Assembly: GCA_964036045.1 (NCBI GenBank)
Contig: OZ038378.1
Location: 59,830,001-59,894,000, forward strand
Length of the DNA stretch: 64,000 nucleotides
Source of the DNA: Eutreptiella sp. 'Long Island Sound 2002'
Lineage: Eukaryota; Protista; Euglenida
Direction of reading: 5' to 3'
Each line of letters starts with the position of its first letter. Position 1 is the stretch's first letter. The notes below the pieces were generated by a model. The model saw only the letters and a list, made by a program, of their open reading frames with translations, ran no database searches and was not told where the DNA came from. Positions 33,458-45,319 of the stretch are shown in pieces. The translations under genes were made by a program, and so were the position numbers.

Positions 33458-35510
33458 CAGGGGGGGGGGCGCAAAAAAAATCCGGGGTATCACCGTTTTT
33501 TCGTACCCCTCCCCCCTAGGGGGGGTACGGCCCGAAAAAAAACATCCCACCCCTATGTGTAAAAAAGTTTCGCAACCCCAAACCTAGCCTACATAATGCT
33601 TTGAGGACCCCAAACATTCCCTATTTTGCCGGTACAAATTTGGACCCCTACATATCCCTGTCGGCCCAAATTTCAGCCACCACAAAGCGAGGGTGCTAGC
33701 CGTGGGGCCCCAAGAGTTTTGGCTTGGGGTAAAATTGGTCAAAATGACCTTCCGGTTTTTCTAGGAATAGTAGCAATAGCACAGGTAGCAAACTAGGTGT
33801 GGCATAGGTGAGGGTTCGGCAATAGCACAGGTAGCAAACTAGGTGTGGCACAGGTGAGGGTGAGGTGATCCCTCCTTTGCATGCCATACTGCTTCATACC
33901 GTTCCCTTGTTGCAGGTTTTTTTACGACCCCAGTTGAATTGGCAGCGTTTCAACTAGTGTTGTGCACAAGCAATGTTGAACCCCAATGTGGGCTTGTTGG
34001 ACATTGGTGGGGTGCAATGTAGTGGCGTTGTGAGCCCATTTAGCGTGCTGGACCTTCCCGTTTTGGGCGCCTCATACAGGACTTCTACAACGTTGTTGAC
34101 AACGGCATTGTCCTCAACATCTATGCCGGTCATGGGGTACACCCTCCTAGAGGCCATTTGTGTTGCTATTGGGGCGGAAACTACTTGGATCACAGGAGGT
34201 GGCGGGTGTGCTAGTTGCACTTGTACATCATTCCAAGTCCCGAAGTTGTCGCATTTCACCTCCTTTGAAGACACGGAATTGATTCCTTGGGATAAAGCCA
34301 AGGAAACTTTGCTCCGCCTTGCAACCACCCCTCTTCCACCAACCACACGCATTTGCTTTTTGATGGAGTACGAGGGTTTCTTGATTTGTGTGGGGAGCAA
34401 GAATGACCGATGGTTTTATGTTGATGTACAAGGATCTCCCCAGGCTCCAAGTGGTGGTGCACTCTATACCGACTTTTCCACTCTTGCGGACCTTGTCGAC
34501 GTTGTGCTACTTCCCGATGGTTTGGCACGGACGGCCACCTCACCCAATGAAGCCCAAGCGTGCCGAATTTGGACAGTTACGGTTACAGTTACAGTTACAG
34601 TTACTGCAAAGTATGAAAACAAATATGAATTTTGAATGTTCAAAAATCCTTTTATGAAGTTCGTTGGTGCTGACTCTCCCATCAGTCAGGCAATATTACT
34701 AATAACGGCCGCGTATTTTGTCACGGGCACAGCTCACGGTGTCTTGTCACCCAGAGCAGGTATACGTGTATTGCTAAGTAGATGAGAGCATGAAGGGAGC
34801 ATATGCATTACAGGGCCAGCCTTCGCGAGCCCTATATGTTGTTTGGCACTACCAAGTTTAGCAAGGGTACAGGGGGATAAGTAGGGGGAGGCATCAAGAC
34901 GGAGCACATCGCAGGCAGAGCAGGCCACCACAGAGCCAGCACTTACGCACCTCTGACTGTACATACTAAACTCCATGAAACTCCTGAACACTGCAGTGGC
35001 TATGATCCCATCTTTGAGGGGCTGAGGGGAGCGTTTGAAAACCTCGAATGAGACCAGACCATTAGCTCAGAAACAAACGTTCCAAAAAGAAAATTTTGTT
35101 CAAAAAAACTGTTTGAAATTGAATGTTCAAAAATGAGAGTTCAAAATTGAATGTTTCTTTTTTTAACGTCATTATGTTTCAGACAGGTACCCGGGGATGT
35201 TGTTTGCTGGTTCGTGCCATTGTGCTGCGAAGCATGCCATGGAGAAGGGGCCACCGACGGCTTCATGTTGCAAATGGCATGTTGGACATGGGCTAGTACC
35301 CGAAATAGCCACACAGAGGAATGCCAACGAGTAGCAAAGGCATGTTATGTGGTGGGAACACCGTGATTATGTGTGGTACATGCGACATGGGAAGAAAATT
35401 TTTTTTCTGTAGGACCCACTTTTTTTCGTACCCCACCCCCCTAGGGGGGGTCACCCCCGAAAAAAAATATCCCACCCGGTATCGAAATTTTTTTTCTTCC
35501 CCCTCCCCTG
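33458..35510. mobile_element. 2,053-bp non-autonomous MULE-like element with 9-bp TSD and G/C-rich TIRs
   Basis: GACTTTGTG is duplicated at 33449-33457 and 35511-35519. The ends CAGGGGGGGGGGCGCAAAAAAAAT and ATTTTTTTTCTTCCCCCTCCCCTG are imperfect inverted repeats. A 9-bp TSD is typical of Mutator. Confidence 0.85.
33973..34635 (+). CDS. 220-aa cargo ORF resembling a herpes-tegument-type ubiquitin protease (peptidase C76-like) fold
   Basis: N-terminal GGVQCSG (QC at 34015-34020), then VLDLPVLGASY. C-terminal FLICVGSKNDRWFYVDVQGS...GGALYTDFSTLADLV has DVQ where DxH is expected. The start codon is uncertain. Confidence 0.4.
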   Translation: MLNPNVGLLDIGGVQCSGVVSPFSVLDLPVLGASYRTSTTLLTTALSSTSMPVMGYTLLEAICVAIGAETTWITGGGGCASCTCTSFQVPKLSHFTSFEDTELIPWDKAKETLLRLATTPLPPTTRICFLMEYEGFLICVGSKNDRWFYVDVQGSPQAPSGGALYTDFSTLADLVDVVLLPDGLARTATSPNEAQACRIWTVTVTVTVTVTAKYENKYEF

Positions 35511-36227
35511 GACTTTGTGGAAGATGGGCTTGTTCAAAGTCGGCAAGTGTGCTTTCCCTTGCTACTGAACAAAGCATTGAAGTACGGTCAAGAAGAATGG
35601 ATTTGAGTTTTGTACAAATTGGACTTTGTGGAAGAAGGGCATGTTGTGAGTGGGCAAGTAGTTTTTCCCATGCTGCGGAACAAAGCATTGAAGTGCTGTC
35701 AAGAAGCATAGATTCAGGGTTTGTAGAAGTTGGACTTTGAGCAAGAAGGGCATGTTCAGAATTGGGCAAGTTGGCTTTCCCTTGCCAGTCAACAAAGCAT
35801 TGAATTGGGGTCAAGAAGCATTGATCTAGGGTTCGTACAAATTGGACTTTGTAGAAGACGGGCATGTTTGGAGTGGGCAAATCGGCTTTCTCTTACCGCT
35901 GAGCAAAGATTAGAATGTCACAAATGAAGAAGCGGGAGCAAAAAGTTTGGAAGTTTACACGTCCATGTTTGTACCTACGCCTCACTGATGGATATCTGGA
36001 CTTGTGAGTAAGTTTGCACTGCAAGCTCACTACAAGCAAAGTCATGGACTGTGTCGTCTTTGTGCATGTCTCTTGTGAGTGTTGCATGCTAGATAATGGT
36101 TTTTTAGTGTTTGTAGGTGGCCAACTTTGATGTTTGGTCAAGGTTGTATCACTATTGTACTTTTTCAAGAAAGGCGAATTGGTCACTTCACCTTCGCTTC
36201 GCCTTCACTTCACCTTCACCAATGAAG

Positions 36228-36305
36228 GCTCACTGCAAGCTCACTGCAATCTCGCTGAAAGCTAATTGACATTCACTGCAAGCTCACTGAAAGCTCACTG
36301 AAGGC
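36228..36305 (+). repeat. Short ~12-bp minisatellite (GCTCACTGCAA/GCTCACTGAAA)
   Basis: gctcactgcaagctcactgcaatctcgctgaaagc...gctcactgaaagctcactgaagg is seen directly. Confidence 0.7.
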
Positions 36306-38289
36306 GAATTACATACATAACGCACACGGTTTCAGTCCTATCCCTTTCCCAACCCTTCCCCCTCTCCATATATTGACCCCCTTACCCCACATTCACATCC
36401 TCCTTCTTCTCATTAGGCCCTTTTTGTCTATCATGTTGCCCGCGGGTGTCGTCGACTCCAACATTTCAAAGGCGTTCCACGCGTTCGTGAAGCGTCCCCA
36501 TGGTGAGCCTCGTGGGTACTCAAGTGGTGTGAACAATGGTGGAAAACCCCATTTGGAAGATGAATTGATGCATATTCTTAACTACGAATCGTGTGTTTCA
36601 AACGTTTACTATGGCGTTGTAGTAAATTGCAGCACGAAACAACCATCCAAAATGACGCGAACCAGAAAAGTTCGTGTCGCAAAATGTCACCCAAGATGCA
36701 CGTCCGCAAAAAGGGGCTAATTTTTTGCTCGGTGTTTTTATGTCTACATTTCTGAGTAGTTTTAAAAATGGTTTTTCCTAATGGTGTGATGTGGATCAGC
36801 CCCCTCATCACGGGGGTCTCTAGGTAGTTGGGTGCCGTGTGGGAGTTTATAAGTCTTTGTGGTGTTGTGTTGTGTGCTCGACCCCCCAACCCAAGCACAG
36901 AACGCTATGGGGATATGTGTGGTCATGCATGATGTTGTGAGGTGCTCACATTCCCGCTTTGCATCACGGTTACCCTCAATAGCACCGGAAGGTTTACTGA
37001 ACAAAATTGAAAGTGCCGTCTCGCGGTCTCCAAAGGGGAGAGAAATTAAAGTGGCCACAAAAACCATGCCTTCTCGGGGTGCCCGGACACTGTATGACGT
37101 TGTGTGGTGTTGCCTCCTCATGTTGTGTGGTGATGTGGGGGTGTGTGGTGCCTCATGATTTTGTGTGGTGCTCTGTTGTGTTGTGTGGTGTTGGTGTGTT
37201 GTGTGATAGTGTGTGCTGCTTTGTTTTGTTATTCCTCTTCCCGTTGGAGAGCCCGGGAAGGGGTTATGTCGTCATTTCAGTCCCCAAAATAGTATGGGTT
37301 ACACATCCATCCCCTGACATGGCAAGAGTGAAGCAGCCATTTCAAATTCCGTGAGATGGCATACGTTCCATAGCCATTTCAAATTTGTCCAAGATGGTAG
37401 CGGTTACAAGGGGATTTCATTTTCCCCTAGGACAATACACCGGACACGGCTGTTTCACCCCCCCCCCCCCCGAGACAGCAAGGGTTGTGTAGCCCTTTCA
37501 TTTTCCTCCAAATCGTTTCGAATAGTTTGGTACTAGTAATGCAACATGAACTGATGGATTGAACGGCCAGGTTGGGCGGACTCCACCACGTGGGGTCCAC
37601 CAATGTGCCCTGGTGTGGCGCTATGCAAAATTCTCTCTCTCGCCTTCGGTGTGATGTTCTTGACTTGTTTGGGGCAGCGACAGGTTAGGAGATTACACAG
37701 CCCTGCCAAGCCACAGCCCATACTTACAGCCGCCGTCGTAGCATGGGACTGCGAAACGTACCAATTTTTATTCTTCTTGATGTAGTTTGTCATACAAGAC
37801 ACAAATCCTCGGTACTGCATTGGAACAGTCAGGTGGAAACAAGATGTCGTTGGGGGTCCATGATTTGTTGTCTCATTGGTACTCAATGTGCCAGCACTTT
37901 GCTCACCCGGTTGCTGGCTTCTTTTTGGGGGACTCCTACCGTCGACAAGAGGTCCGGGTGGGTTGCTGCCATGCCATTTTTGGAAAGATAGCGGAGGTAA
38001 CCCGGAAATCTATGTGCCCTCAATGAATTACCATTCATGTTGGCAAAATTCGCCGTTTTCTGGCTGATTTTCCTTCATTAACAAATTTCTTTTTTCTCAC
38101 CCCTATGAACAAAGTGGTACGGAAGGCCGAAACCACCCCTTTTTTCAGCCGGCTCAACAAGGGCCAAGGCGTAGCACAGATGAAATTTGAGACCCCCCCT
38201 CCCCTGTCACTGTCCAACTAGAGAGTTCTGGAGTCTCCATACCTGAGAAAACCGTCGGGCTGCAGTAAGCCACAAGTTTAGAAATTGGC

Positions 38290-38590
38290 GCCTTGACGTG
38301 GGTAGATGGGCTAAAATGGGTCAAAACAAGCGGAACATGGGCTCAAATGGTGCCATTTTGGACCCACTTTGGGTTCGAAATGGCCCATCGTCAAGCATTT
38401 GTAGGATTTTTGATGGGCGAAAACGTGTCCAAACGAGGTTGAGCCCAAACAGGCTGTTGTCAAAATGGGTCAATGGGGTCCACCAGGGGCAAAAAGATGA
38501 TTTTTTTCAAAAATGATTCTCGACCTGGGATGCCAAAACAAGTGGTTTTAGCCCGTCTTGAGCCCGTGGTGGCCATCTTTTGGTGGCGCT
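38290..38590. repeat. Diverged fragment related to the internal ~161-bp subrepeats of the (TA)n-associated elements
   Basis: gggctaaaatgggtcaaaac...ttttggacccactttggg..cgaaatggccc...gggtccaccaggggcaaaaagatgatttttt...caagtggttttagcccgtcttgagcccgtggtggc matches pieces of 46990-47280 and 47550-47900. Confidence 0.65.
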
Positions 38591-41500
38591 TTCGTCACCA
38601 GTGTTGTGCATGCTGGGTACTATGCAATGGAACCAGGGGTAGGTGGGTATTCACTGCATTTGACAGTAATGGCCAATGCGATACAGGTGTTCTGACTCTC
38701 TGCAAGCGTGAGAGCACCTCCTCTATGTAGAGGATATGTTGTGTTTCCGGCACGCAATTTGCTTCCTGTATACCCCATCATACACAAAAATGGGCAAAGT
38801 AAAAGTGCTTCTGTAACGAGCCCCCTGTTCAATCAGCTGCCCCCTGGCCACACTATTTTTGTGATGTGCATTTGTATCTGATGTTTGTTGTGTATTCTTC
38901 GACGTCAATGATGCGTTGCTTACAGGTCCAGCGCTTCATGGTCGAAAATGACCGCCCCCACACCATTCAGACGTTCATGCGCATCCTGAATTTTGGGCCC
39001 AAGACTTTGACATCCATTGCAGCAACGTTGCAAGAAGTGCAGGTGAACCAGCACTGTAGCATCCAAACCCAGTGTGTTGCAAAGGCGAGGGGCACGGCAT
39101 AGGACATGCTGCAGGACAGACCTCACAGCCATGTCACCCTGCTGCCATGGTCACGGAGCTACCAGCCCACCACGCCTGGGCCATACGAAACCTCCACCTC
39201 CGGCTGTGTTGAGATGGAGGGTGATCAGAACCCGAACGTGAAGTCCACGTCAAACAATGCAGCATCATTTTGCGCCAGCTCCTGTCCCAAAGCATCTCAG
39301 ACACCATCAAAGGCCATCCAAGAGATTCTGCCACTGTTCCATTTCTGCAGGCAGTGCGCCCCATACCTTCTGATTGCTGTATCCTGCTGGGCGGATTTTG
39401 TGAGGCGACAATTTCATGGGATCATTTTGTCGTGAAGGAAGGTGGCGAAGTTTTCCCCTGACGAAATTTGGTGGTGTCAGCATTTTTTCTTTTGGCACCT
39501 TCGGCACAATGGTGTGTGAAGCAATTTGAGCTTTGGGATTCTCCAGGGTGGCGAAATTGCCCCCTCCCCCGAAATTTTCCACGGCGAAACCATCCCCGTA
39601 CGTAGTCCCCCCCCCCCCCTCCCCTGTACCCCAAGACACAGAAGGGTATACAAGTGTCCCTGGCTTTCAAGAGTGTGCATCTCATGTGTCACACGCCACC
39701 ATTTGACACTGTCCAGTCTGCAAGGCAAGTACAGGGTACACTCTGAAACATCTCTCATCTCTGCAGCATCTGGTGTGTATTCCGCGCCTCAAAAGTATGC
39801 ATACAGAGTGTATCCAGAAACGCAAAGTGGGACATTAGCCAACTTGAATATAGGCTATTGCTAGGGCTGTCCCGTTCCTATCCATTTCAGGCGATGATCC
39901 CATTTCAGCAACAGTTGGTGACAGTGGACCATTTTATGCTCCACAATGACACAACCATGTGTGGCAGGCTGATATAAGTCTCTTTCATGAAGGCAAGCAA
40001 AATGGTCACATTCGAAATTACTTGAGGAATGAAAAATGTGGTGATCAAAACCAGTGACAACACCATGGCAGGGTATGCAGCTTGGATGCCCCAGTTTCAA
40101 GTGCCCAGCCCTCAGCCCACAGCCCACAGCCCCCGCCAAGAAAACAACAGAAACGAACATTGCCAAACGGCGGCCAAAGCCCTACACAGCTGTGTCCCCA
40201 ATTATAAAAGGTTCAGTCATGTTGTGCGTGCCTGTGCCTCCCGCAATATGCAATGTGCTGACACCTTGATCTCAATCATTCTGTGTGCTTCAGAAGTTCA
40301 TTGAAGAGCATGACACAGAAGGGAACGGCCATATGACCAGCATTGCCCCATTCTATTCCATGGTGCTGACAAAATACGCAGAGCTGAAGGAGTGGGATGC
40401 AATACAGCAGCTGTTGGACAAACTTCCCCCAGATTATGTGTTGTTCGAAAATGCAGTCAGGCATGAAGCAAATGGGCTAAGACTAGAGTAATGCTATGGT
40501 AAGGGCTCGGGCATGATTTAAGGTGCTTTGCCATTTTGTGAATGACGCGTGAAGTTTTAGGGGTGGTCCAAAGACCAACGGGCTGCACGTGGACCACAGA
40601 CCCAACAGTTTGAACCTGCCCAGCAACCCCCCCCACCCCTGGTCCGCTCCGGCCTCCTGTGCCACTGGTATAGGGACATGACCAAGCGGGCCCAGGCTCT
40701 AAGCACAACTGAAAGCTGGCAGCTTTGCAAACTCTCTCGCCCTGAGAAAATTTTGGGAGCGACCAAACTGCAAATTCTCACATGCAGATACTCGCCTGGA
40801 AGGAACGCCCAGCATCACAACCTGCCTGAAGAAAGACATCATCTGAAACCCCCAGAAACACATGACACCTACGGCACCTAGGAGTGGGCACGCATTCCCA
40901 ACACCACGAACACTCTCCCGCTCCTCTGTCTCCTTCCATCCCACGCCCATCACCGCAGTCAACACTGGAGACCACAATGACCCAGAAGAAACCTGCCTAG
41001 TCCTTCACATCAAATCCCCACTGTGGCGTCCCTAGTGGTTTTTGTGGATCCAAGGGGCGCCCAAAGGAGGGCAAAAGGTCTCAAGGGCGGGGCTACCGGG
41101 GGTGTGCAGGGGTGTCAAGGGCAAGTTGAGGGTTTCCGGGCTGTATTTGGCTAATTTGGGGGCGGTTTTAGGGAGTTTTTGGGGTATTGATCTTGCGGTT
41201 TGTCTCCCAGGTTTCTCCTTACTGCCCTTCGCTCCTTGGCAGTTTGTGGGGTGTCTAGTGGTCTTTGTGGAGGCAAGGGGGCGCCGATAGGACGGCAAAA
41301 AGGTCTCAAACTCGGGGCTACTTGGGGCAGGGACGGGTGTCAAGGGCAAGTTTGGGGGTTCTTGGGTGTACTCGGCCAATTAGGGGTCGTTTCTGGGGTT
41401 ATTTCGGGTCATTTATTTGGCGGTTTGTATCCCAAGTTTCTCCTTACTGCTCTCGAATTCTCGCTGGTTTGTGGGGTGTCCGGTGCTCTTTGTGGAGGCA

Positions 41501-42084
41501 AGCGGGCACCGATAGGGCACAAGGTTTCAAGGATGGGGCCACAGGGGGCACAGAGGGATGCCTAAGCCCCGTTCGGGGGATCCGAGCCGTACCCGGCCAA
41601 TTTGCGGGCATTTTTGGGGTGTTTTTTTTTTTTCGATTATTTACTTTGCAGTTTGTATCTCAGATTTCTCCTTACTGCTCTCGGATTCTGGGCGATTTAT
41701 GGGGTGTCTGGTGCTCTGTGTGGAGGCAAGGGGGCACCAATGGGGGGCGGCAAAAGTTCTCAGGGTCGGGGGTACTAGGGGGCACGGAGGGGTGTAAAGT
41801 GCAAGTTGGCCGGGTCTGGGCTGTGCTCGGCCAATGTCGGGTCCTTGTTAGGGTGGTTTTTTTGCTTATTTATCTTGCGGTTGGCATCCCAAGTTTTTCG
41901 TTTGTGCTCTAGGCTGCTAGCCAGGTGTCTAGTGCTCTCCGTGGAGGCAAGGGGGCGCCGATAAGTGGGCAAAAGATGTCAACGTTGGGGTTACCCGGGG
42001 ACACAAAGGGGTGTCAAGGGGAAGTTGAGTGGTTCCGGGGCGTACTCGGCCAATTTGGGGACGTTTTTGGGTGTTTTTTTTTGT

Positions 42085-42470
42085 GTATGTTGTAATTCGT
42101 GTAATTTTTTTTTCGGCTGTAAATGCGCGTAACAAAAAAACCGTAACATCGTGTAAAATTTTTTTCGCTGTAAGTCGTGTAAGCCGGCTTACACGACTTG
42201 CCGCAAAAAAAAATTACATGACATGACGATTTTTTTGTTACACGCATTTACAGCAAAAAAAAAATTACACGACTTACCGCAAAAAAAAATTACATGACGT
42301 GACGTTTTTTTTGTTACACGCATTTACAGCGGAAAAAAAAATTACACGACTTACCGCAAAAAAAAATTACACGATGTGACGATTTTTTCCTACACGCGTT
42401 TACCACGAAAATTGAAAAATTACATGACCTTACCACAAAGGAAGAATTGCCAATTTTACTAAAAATGCAT
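42085..42470. repeat. AT-rich ~65-bp repeats arranged as an imperfect ~200-bp palindrome with a perfect 28-bp core; related repeats at 43560-43720
   Basis: AAGTCGTGTAAGCCGGCTTACACGACTT at 42172-42199 is self-complementary, and the flanking ttacacgcatttacagc/aaaaaaattacatgac blocks are inverted around it. Confidence 0.85.
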
Positions 42471-42486
42471 GCTTGTAGGCAATGTG

Positions 42487-42918
42487 CCCACCTCTGGGCC
42501 ACTTCTGATTCTACCCCCCGCTCTGCAGCGGTGGGGACCCCCGAGGCGGCAGGGGTTATGTAGCCACCTTGCCCACTTGTGGGCCACTTCTGATTTTGCC
42601 CCCTGCTCTGAAGCGGTGGGGACCCCCAAGGCGGCAGGGGTTATGTAGCCACCTTGCCCACTTGTGGTCCACTTCTGATTCTGCCCCCAGCTCTGACGCG
42701 GTGGGGACCCCCCAGGTAGCAGGGGTTATGTAGCCACCTTGCCCACTTGTGGGCCACTTCTGATTCTGCCCCCCCGCCCTGAAGCGGTGGGGACCCCCGA
42801 GGCGGCAGGGGTTATGTAGCCACGTTGCCCACTTGTGGGCCACTTCTGATTCTGCCCCCCGCTCTGAAGCGGAGGGGACCCCCCAGGCGGCAGGGGTTAT
42901 GTAGCCACCTTGCCCACG
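42487..42918 (+). repeat. 85-bp GC-rich tandem repeat, 5 highly similar units
   Basis: cccacttgtgggccacttctgattctgccccccgctctgaagcggtggggacccccgaggcggcaggggttatgtagccaccttg starts at 42487, 42572, 42657, 42742 and 42828. Confidence 0.95.
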
Positions 42919-42922
42919 CAAG

Positions 42923-43200
42923 GTGCCGGATGGCTACCCAGCAGAAGCATCTGGCCAGCTGGAGCGTGACCAGCTTTTCATCGATGACGCATGCAAGCAG
43001 CTAGTGAAAGAGTGCGCCGCTTGCCAGCTTAACCCCAATCGTGGTGCAAAGCCCAAGTCCAGTGACACAAAAACGGACTTGATCTACAAGCGTGCATTCT
43101 GCAACTACTTGTAGCGGGTGCATGTTTTGTGGGCTGTATTTTCCTCCGCCGTTTGGTGTACCAATGGTGGAGCGTATAAGATTGCTATAATATTGGCCCC
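42923..43200 (+). pseudogene. Possible retroelement integrase fragment (C-terminal half of the HHCC zinc finger plus start of the core)
   Basis: CKQLVKECAACQLNPNR...KTDLI...NYL*RVHVLWAV resembles the integrase V..CxxCQ...DL..Y.L.VD.FS.F.WA pattern. Short and degenerate. Confidence 0.35.
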
Positions 43201-45319
43201 ATGCCAGTGCCTTGGTGGCCTATAATGGTGGCACTAGCGTTGGCCATGGCCCTGTCGGGACTCTTTTTCTTGAGCCTGATTTTGTTTCCAGTGCAGGCAC
43301 ACTTGATGTTGGCCATGCCCCTGTCAGGACTCTTCTCTTGGGCCTGATTTCGAGTCTAGTGCCAATGACAACATGTGAAACTATGTTATATTGGCCGAGT
43401 CCCAACCAATTGGTGGCCACGCAGAGTACTATGTGCTTTGTGGACTCGGCGTCCCATCGTTAAGGTCGCTATGGGGTGCCGTACGGAACCGGCAGCTGTA
43501 CATATTGCGCATATATTGCAAATGTTGCTTTTTTTTTTCTTCAACTTTTCAATTTTTTTTATAATTTACACGAAAAAAATTACACTCCTTTACCGCAAAA
43601 ATCAAAAAATTCAATTTTTTTTAAAATTCACCCGACTTACAGCAAAAAAAAAGTACACGCATTTACAACAAAAAAAATTACACGACTAGACGGTTTTTTT
43701 GTACACGACTTACATTTTTCACGTTTTTTTCGGGGGGTGTCTCCTTGGGGTTTGTCTCCTAGGTTTATCCTTATTGCTCTGGGATGTTGCGTGGTTTGTG
43801 GGGTGTCTAGTGGTCTTTGTGGAGGCAAGTGGCCGCCGATAGGACGGCAAAAAGTGTCAAGGTTAGGGCTACCGGGGGGCACGGAGGAGTGTCAAGGCGG
43901 TTTTGGGCAGTATTTGGCCGCATTTTTAGGGCGTTTTTTTTGGGTAATTATAATGGTTTGTATCCCAAGTTTCTCGTTTCTACTCTCGCCAGCTGGGCGT
44001 GTTGTGGGGTGTCTAGTGCTCTTTGTGGAGGTAAGTAGGCGCCGAAAGGAGGGGAAAAGGTCTCAAAGTGGGGGCTAGCGGGGGCACACAGCGTTGTCAA
44101 GCATAAGTTGGGGGTTCCAGGCCATAGTTGGCCCATTGGGAGGCGTTTTTAGGTTATTTTTTGGGGTATTTATCTTGCGGCCTGAGTCTTAGGTTTCTCC
44201 TTACTGCTTTGGGATGCACGGCGGGTTGTCGGATGTCCAGTGCTCTCTCTGGGGGTAGGGGGGCGCCGATAGGAGGGCAAAAGGTCTCAACATCGGGGCG
44301 ATCGGGGCCTCGCAGGGTTGTTAAGGGCAATTTGGGGAGTTGCGGGGCGTACTTGGCTGACTTTGGGGCGTGTTTATGGGTTTTTTGGGGTATTGATCTG
44401 ACGATTTGTATCCTACGTTTCTCCTTGCTGCTCTTGGCCGTTGTGTGGTGTCCCCGGGAAGGGGGTAACAACAACCCTTTCCAAAGAAAAGTTGAGTCTA
44501 CCCCCCCCCCCCCCCCTTGAAATGGCAAAACAAGCACCACATGCCACTTGGACAACAAAAAATAGAGGACGGCGGCGTCTAGGTTTCCTCCAAATCTCCA
44601 TGTAACAAAAGTTGGTGTCGGATTCATGACCACATACTGACTACTTGCTGACCACTTCTTGAGAAGAAACCATGCTCTGATTGCACTTCCTGATGTACTT
44701 GCTGAAAGAAATTTTTGCTTCGTTATGCGCACTGCCGCGGCTCATTAATTCACCCGTCAAATTAGCACCTGCAAACATTGCACCCATGCAAATAGGCACA
44801 CAAATACACACAAACAACACTGTAATTGGTCCAATTGCCCTCTTCAGGCTCTCCATCTTATGTCCGTTCCGCCAACCATCAGTCATTGGCTCGTGTCCGC
44901 CACGGAGCGGGCCGGTACCCGCACCATATCCCCGGGGCAGGGGGACAAGGAGGACACCGCTGAATTTGTGACGCTTCCCACGCATGTCACAGTTCAACCC
45001 GGGACCACCGCGGGACGCTTCTTCGCCAAGTGTTCGATATCAATGGCTTTGCAGCCGGGGATAGTATCCGAGTTCTTGTTGTGTTCCATACCAATCCAAC
45101 GTGAAGACGTTGAAGACGGTGGTCCTCAGGTTGAACAATGCCGACATTGAGAAGGTACGTGCCGCGGTTGCTCGATATGTACCAAAGGGGAAGCACGACA
45201 AATCGGACACTAGGTACTACGTTGGCTTACCACTACCGACACAAAGTCCTATTGCCTTCCAAGATTCCGTTGAAGGGGTCACCACGCCAGCGCATGCTTC
45301 CGGGACAGCTGTGAGCATC

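Larger units (their letters stand above)
32870..35925 (+). repeat. 111-bp tandem repeat (~9-10 units), interrupted by the 33458-35510 insertion
   Basis: The ctttgtggaagaagggcatg register recurs at 32896, 33007, 33118, 33229, 33340 and 33451, then resumes at 35513, 35624, ~35735 and ~35846. Confidence 0.9.
41035..44443 (-). repeat. ~210-bp satellite, minus orientation (41035-42085 and 43720-44443, interrupted by 42085-43720)
   Basis: The unit ggtttctccttactgctct...ggggtgtctagtgctctttgtggaggcaagggggcgccgataggagggcaaaaggtctcaagg...tgtcaagggcaagttg is repeated. Confidence 0.9.

Noticed and set aside
36370-40980. Host gene in the unique 36.4-41 kb stretch
   Set aside because: Only short disconnected ORFs are present, with no recognisable motifs or consistent splice model. 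It is probably decayed element sequence.
41610-41640. Euglenid spliced-leader-like TTTTTTTCG
   Set aside because: It lies within a satellite unit and lacks the rest of the SL exon and SL RNA structure.
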